Of a stretch of DNA of 64,000 bases, positions 62,826 through 64,000 are shown one piece after another (within the stretch, counting starts at the first letter, position 1; each line of letters begins with the position of its first letter). Source of the stretch: an uncultured delta proteobacterium (GTDB lineage Bacteria > Myxococcota > B64-G9); NCBI GenBank assembly GCA_963754925.1, contig CAVWHX010000007.1:224001-288000 (forward strand), given 5' to 3'. The notes under the pieces were generated by a model, which saw nothing but the letters and a program-made list of their open reading frames with translations, was not told the DNA's origin and did not search any database. A program made the translations under genes and the position numbers.

Positions 62826-63632
62826 TCAAATGACAACTTTCGGATACATCCACGAACCGATCAGGACGAGAAGGGTCATCGAAATGAGCAATATGACCAC
62901 ATCCGTACCCACGCCATAGGCGCTTACCGCCCCACTCACCATCAATGCACGTAATGCATCCACTTCGTATGTCAATGGATTGATGTGTGAGAAAAACTGC
63001 AACCAATGAGGCATGATGGATATGGGATACAGCGCATTACTGGCGAAGAAAAGCGGCATGGTCAGAATCTGACCGATGCCCATGAACCGTTCGCGAGTCT
63101 TCACGATGCAGGCAACGATCAGGGAAAAAGTTGCGAAAATACCTGAACCAAGGATCACCACCGCTACCATGACGGCGAGTGCGGGGACATGCCAATTCAT
63201 CTGAACGCCCAGTAAAAGGGATACGATATAGATAATGGCTGCCTGGGAAAGACCGCGCACGCCTGCGGAGAGGGCTTTCCCCAAAACAAGCGCTGCGCGC
63301 GGTGCAGGGCTTGCCAGGAATTTGTGGAGAATTCCCAGATCCCTCTCCCAGATAATCGCAATACCGAAAAATATCGCCACGAAGAGCACGCTCTGCGCCA
63401 GTATGCCGGGCGCCAGGTACGAAATATAGGACAGATTTCCAGTAGGAATCGCGTGCGTGCGATTGAAGACTTGCCCGACGATGAGAAGCCATAGGATGGG
63501 CTGGATCGAGCGGGTGATCAATTCAAAGTAGTCATGCCGTAGTTTTCGTATTTCAACTTCCGCAATCACGAAGCTTTTATCAATAAAATTGAAAACGTCT
63601 AATATCATGTTCATCCCTACTGATTCGGACAT
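62826..63632 (-). CDS. ABC-2 type exporter permease (DrrB-like)
   Basis: QPILWL, WERDLG, SNALYP and NPLTYEVDALR motifs. Confidence 0.9.
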   Translation of the reverse strand: MSESVGMNMILDVFNFIDKSFVIAEVEIRKLRHDYFELITRSIQPILWLLIVGQVFNRTHAIPTGNLSYISYLAPGILAQSVLFVAIFFGIAIIWERDLGILHKFLASPAPRAALVLGKALSAGVRGLSQAAIIYIVSLLLGVQMNWHVPALAVMVAVVILGSGIFATFSLIVACIVKTRERFMGIGQILTMPLFFASNALYPISIMPHWLQFFSHINPLTYEVDALRALMVSGAVSAYGVGTDVVILLISMTLLVLIGSWMYPKVVI

Positions 63633-63633
63633 A

Positions 63634-64000
63634 TCAACCAAGCCTCCGCGCGGTTTTTCTTGTTCTTGAAACCTCACGGTACCCTCTTCCGTTTTCCGAG
63701 TGAAGATCGGCTCCGGCATAGTGGGCAAAGACGTCATCCAAGGTCGCACCATCCGCCCCGATGGATTCCTTCAGTTCTGCCGGCGTCCCGGTGACAACAA
63801 CCTTTCCCCTATGCATAATCGAGATGCGGGTACAGAGGGTATCCGCTTCCTCCATGTAATGGGTGGTCAAAAAGATGGTGGTTCCGTATTCGGCCCGCAA
63901 AATCTCGATATAGTCCCATACCGCTCCGCGAGCCAGCGGATCAAGACCAACGGTGGGTTCGTCAAGAAACAGCAGACGCGGTCGGTGAAGCATGGATTGA
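63634..64000 (-). CDS. ABC exporter ATPase (DrrA-like), partial
   Basis: LFLDEPTVGLDP and LTTHYMEEAD motifs. Confidence 0.92.
   Translation of the reverse strand, partial: QSMLHRPRLLFLDEPTVGLDPLARGAVWDYIEILRAEYGTTIFLTTHYMEEADTLCTRISIMHRGKVVVTGTPAELKESIGADGATLDDVFAHYAGADLHSENGRGYREVSRTRKTARRLG

Overview
An accessory, mosaic region of a bacterium, probably a deltaproteobacterium or Myxococcota-like organism (inferred from the Cys-rich lipoprotein repertoire). It has no housekeeping genes. The dominant unexplained structure is a ~235-bp non-coding repeat with TG...CA imperfect inverted ends. I count about 20 copies by eye (about 7 near full length, the rest partial), and all lie in the + orientation. 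They separate unrelated cargo modules of one gene or one operon, which lie on either strand and are often truncated at, or fused to, the repeat. This looks like a cassette-array or translocatable-unit system, but no cognate recombinase is in the window. The cargo includes secreted proteases and hydrolases, ankyrin, LamG, VWA and FG-GAP lipoproteins, cardiolipin synthase, a complete pgaABCD operon, methyltransferases and an ABC transporter. It also includes a VgrG-immunity(x3)-metallophosphoesterase-DUF4280 module and two FGE-sulfatase (CLec-fold) lipoproteins whose C-termini carry a DGR-like variable-region signature. Other features are two copies of an IS3-family (IS407-like) element and tRNA-Leu and tRNA-Arg fragments typical of integration scars. 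All calls are by eye from the sequence and ORF track, and repeat boundaries are approximate.
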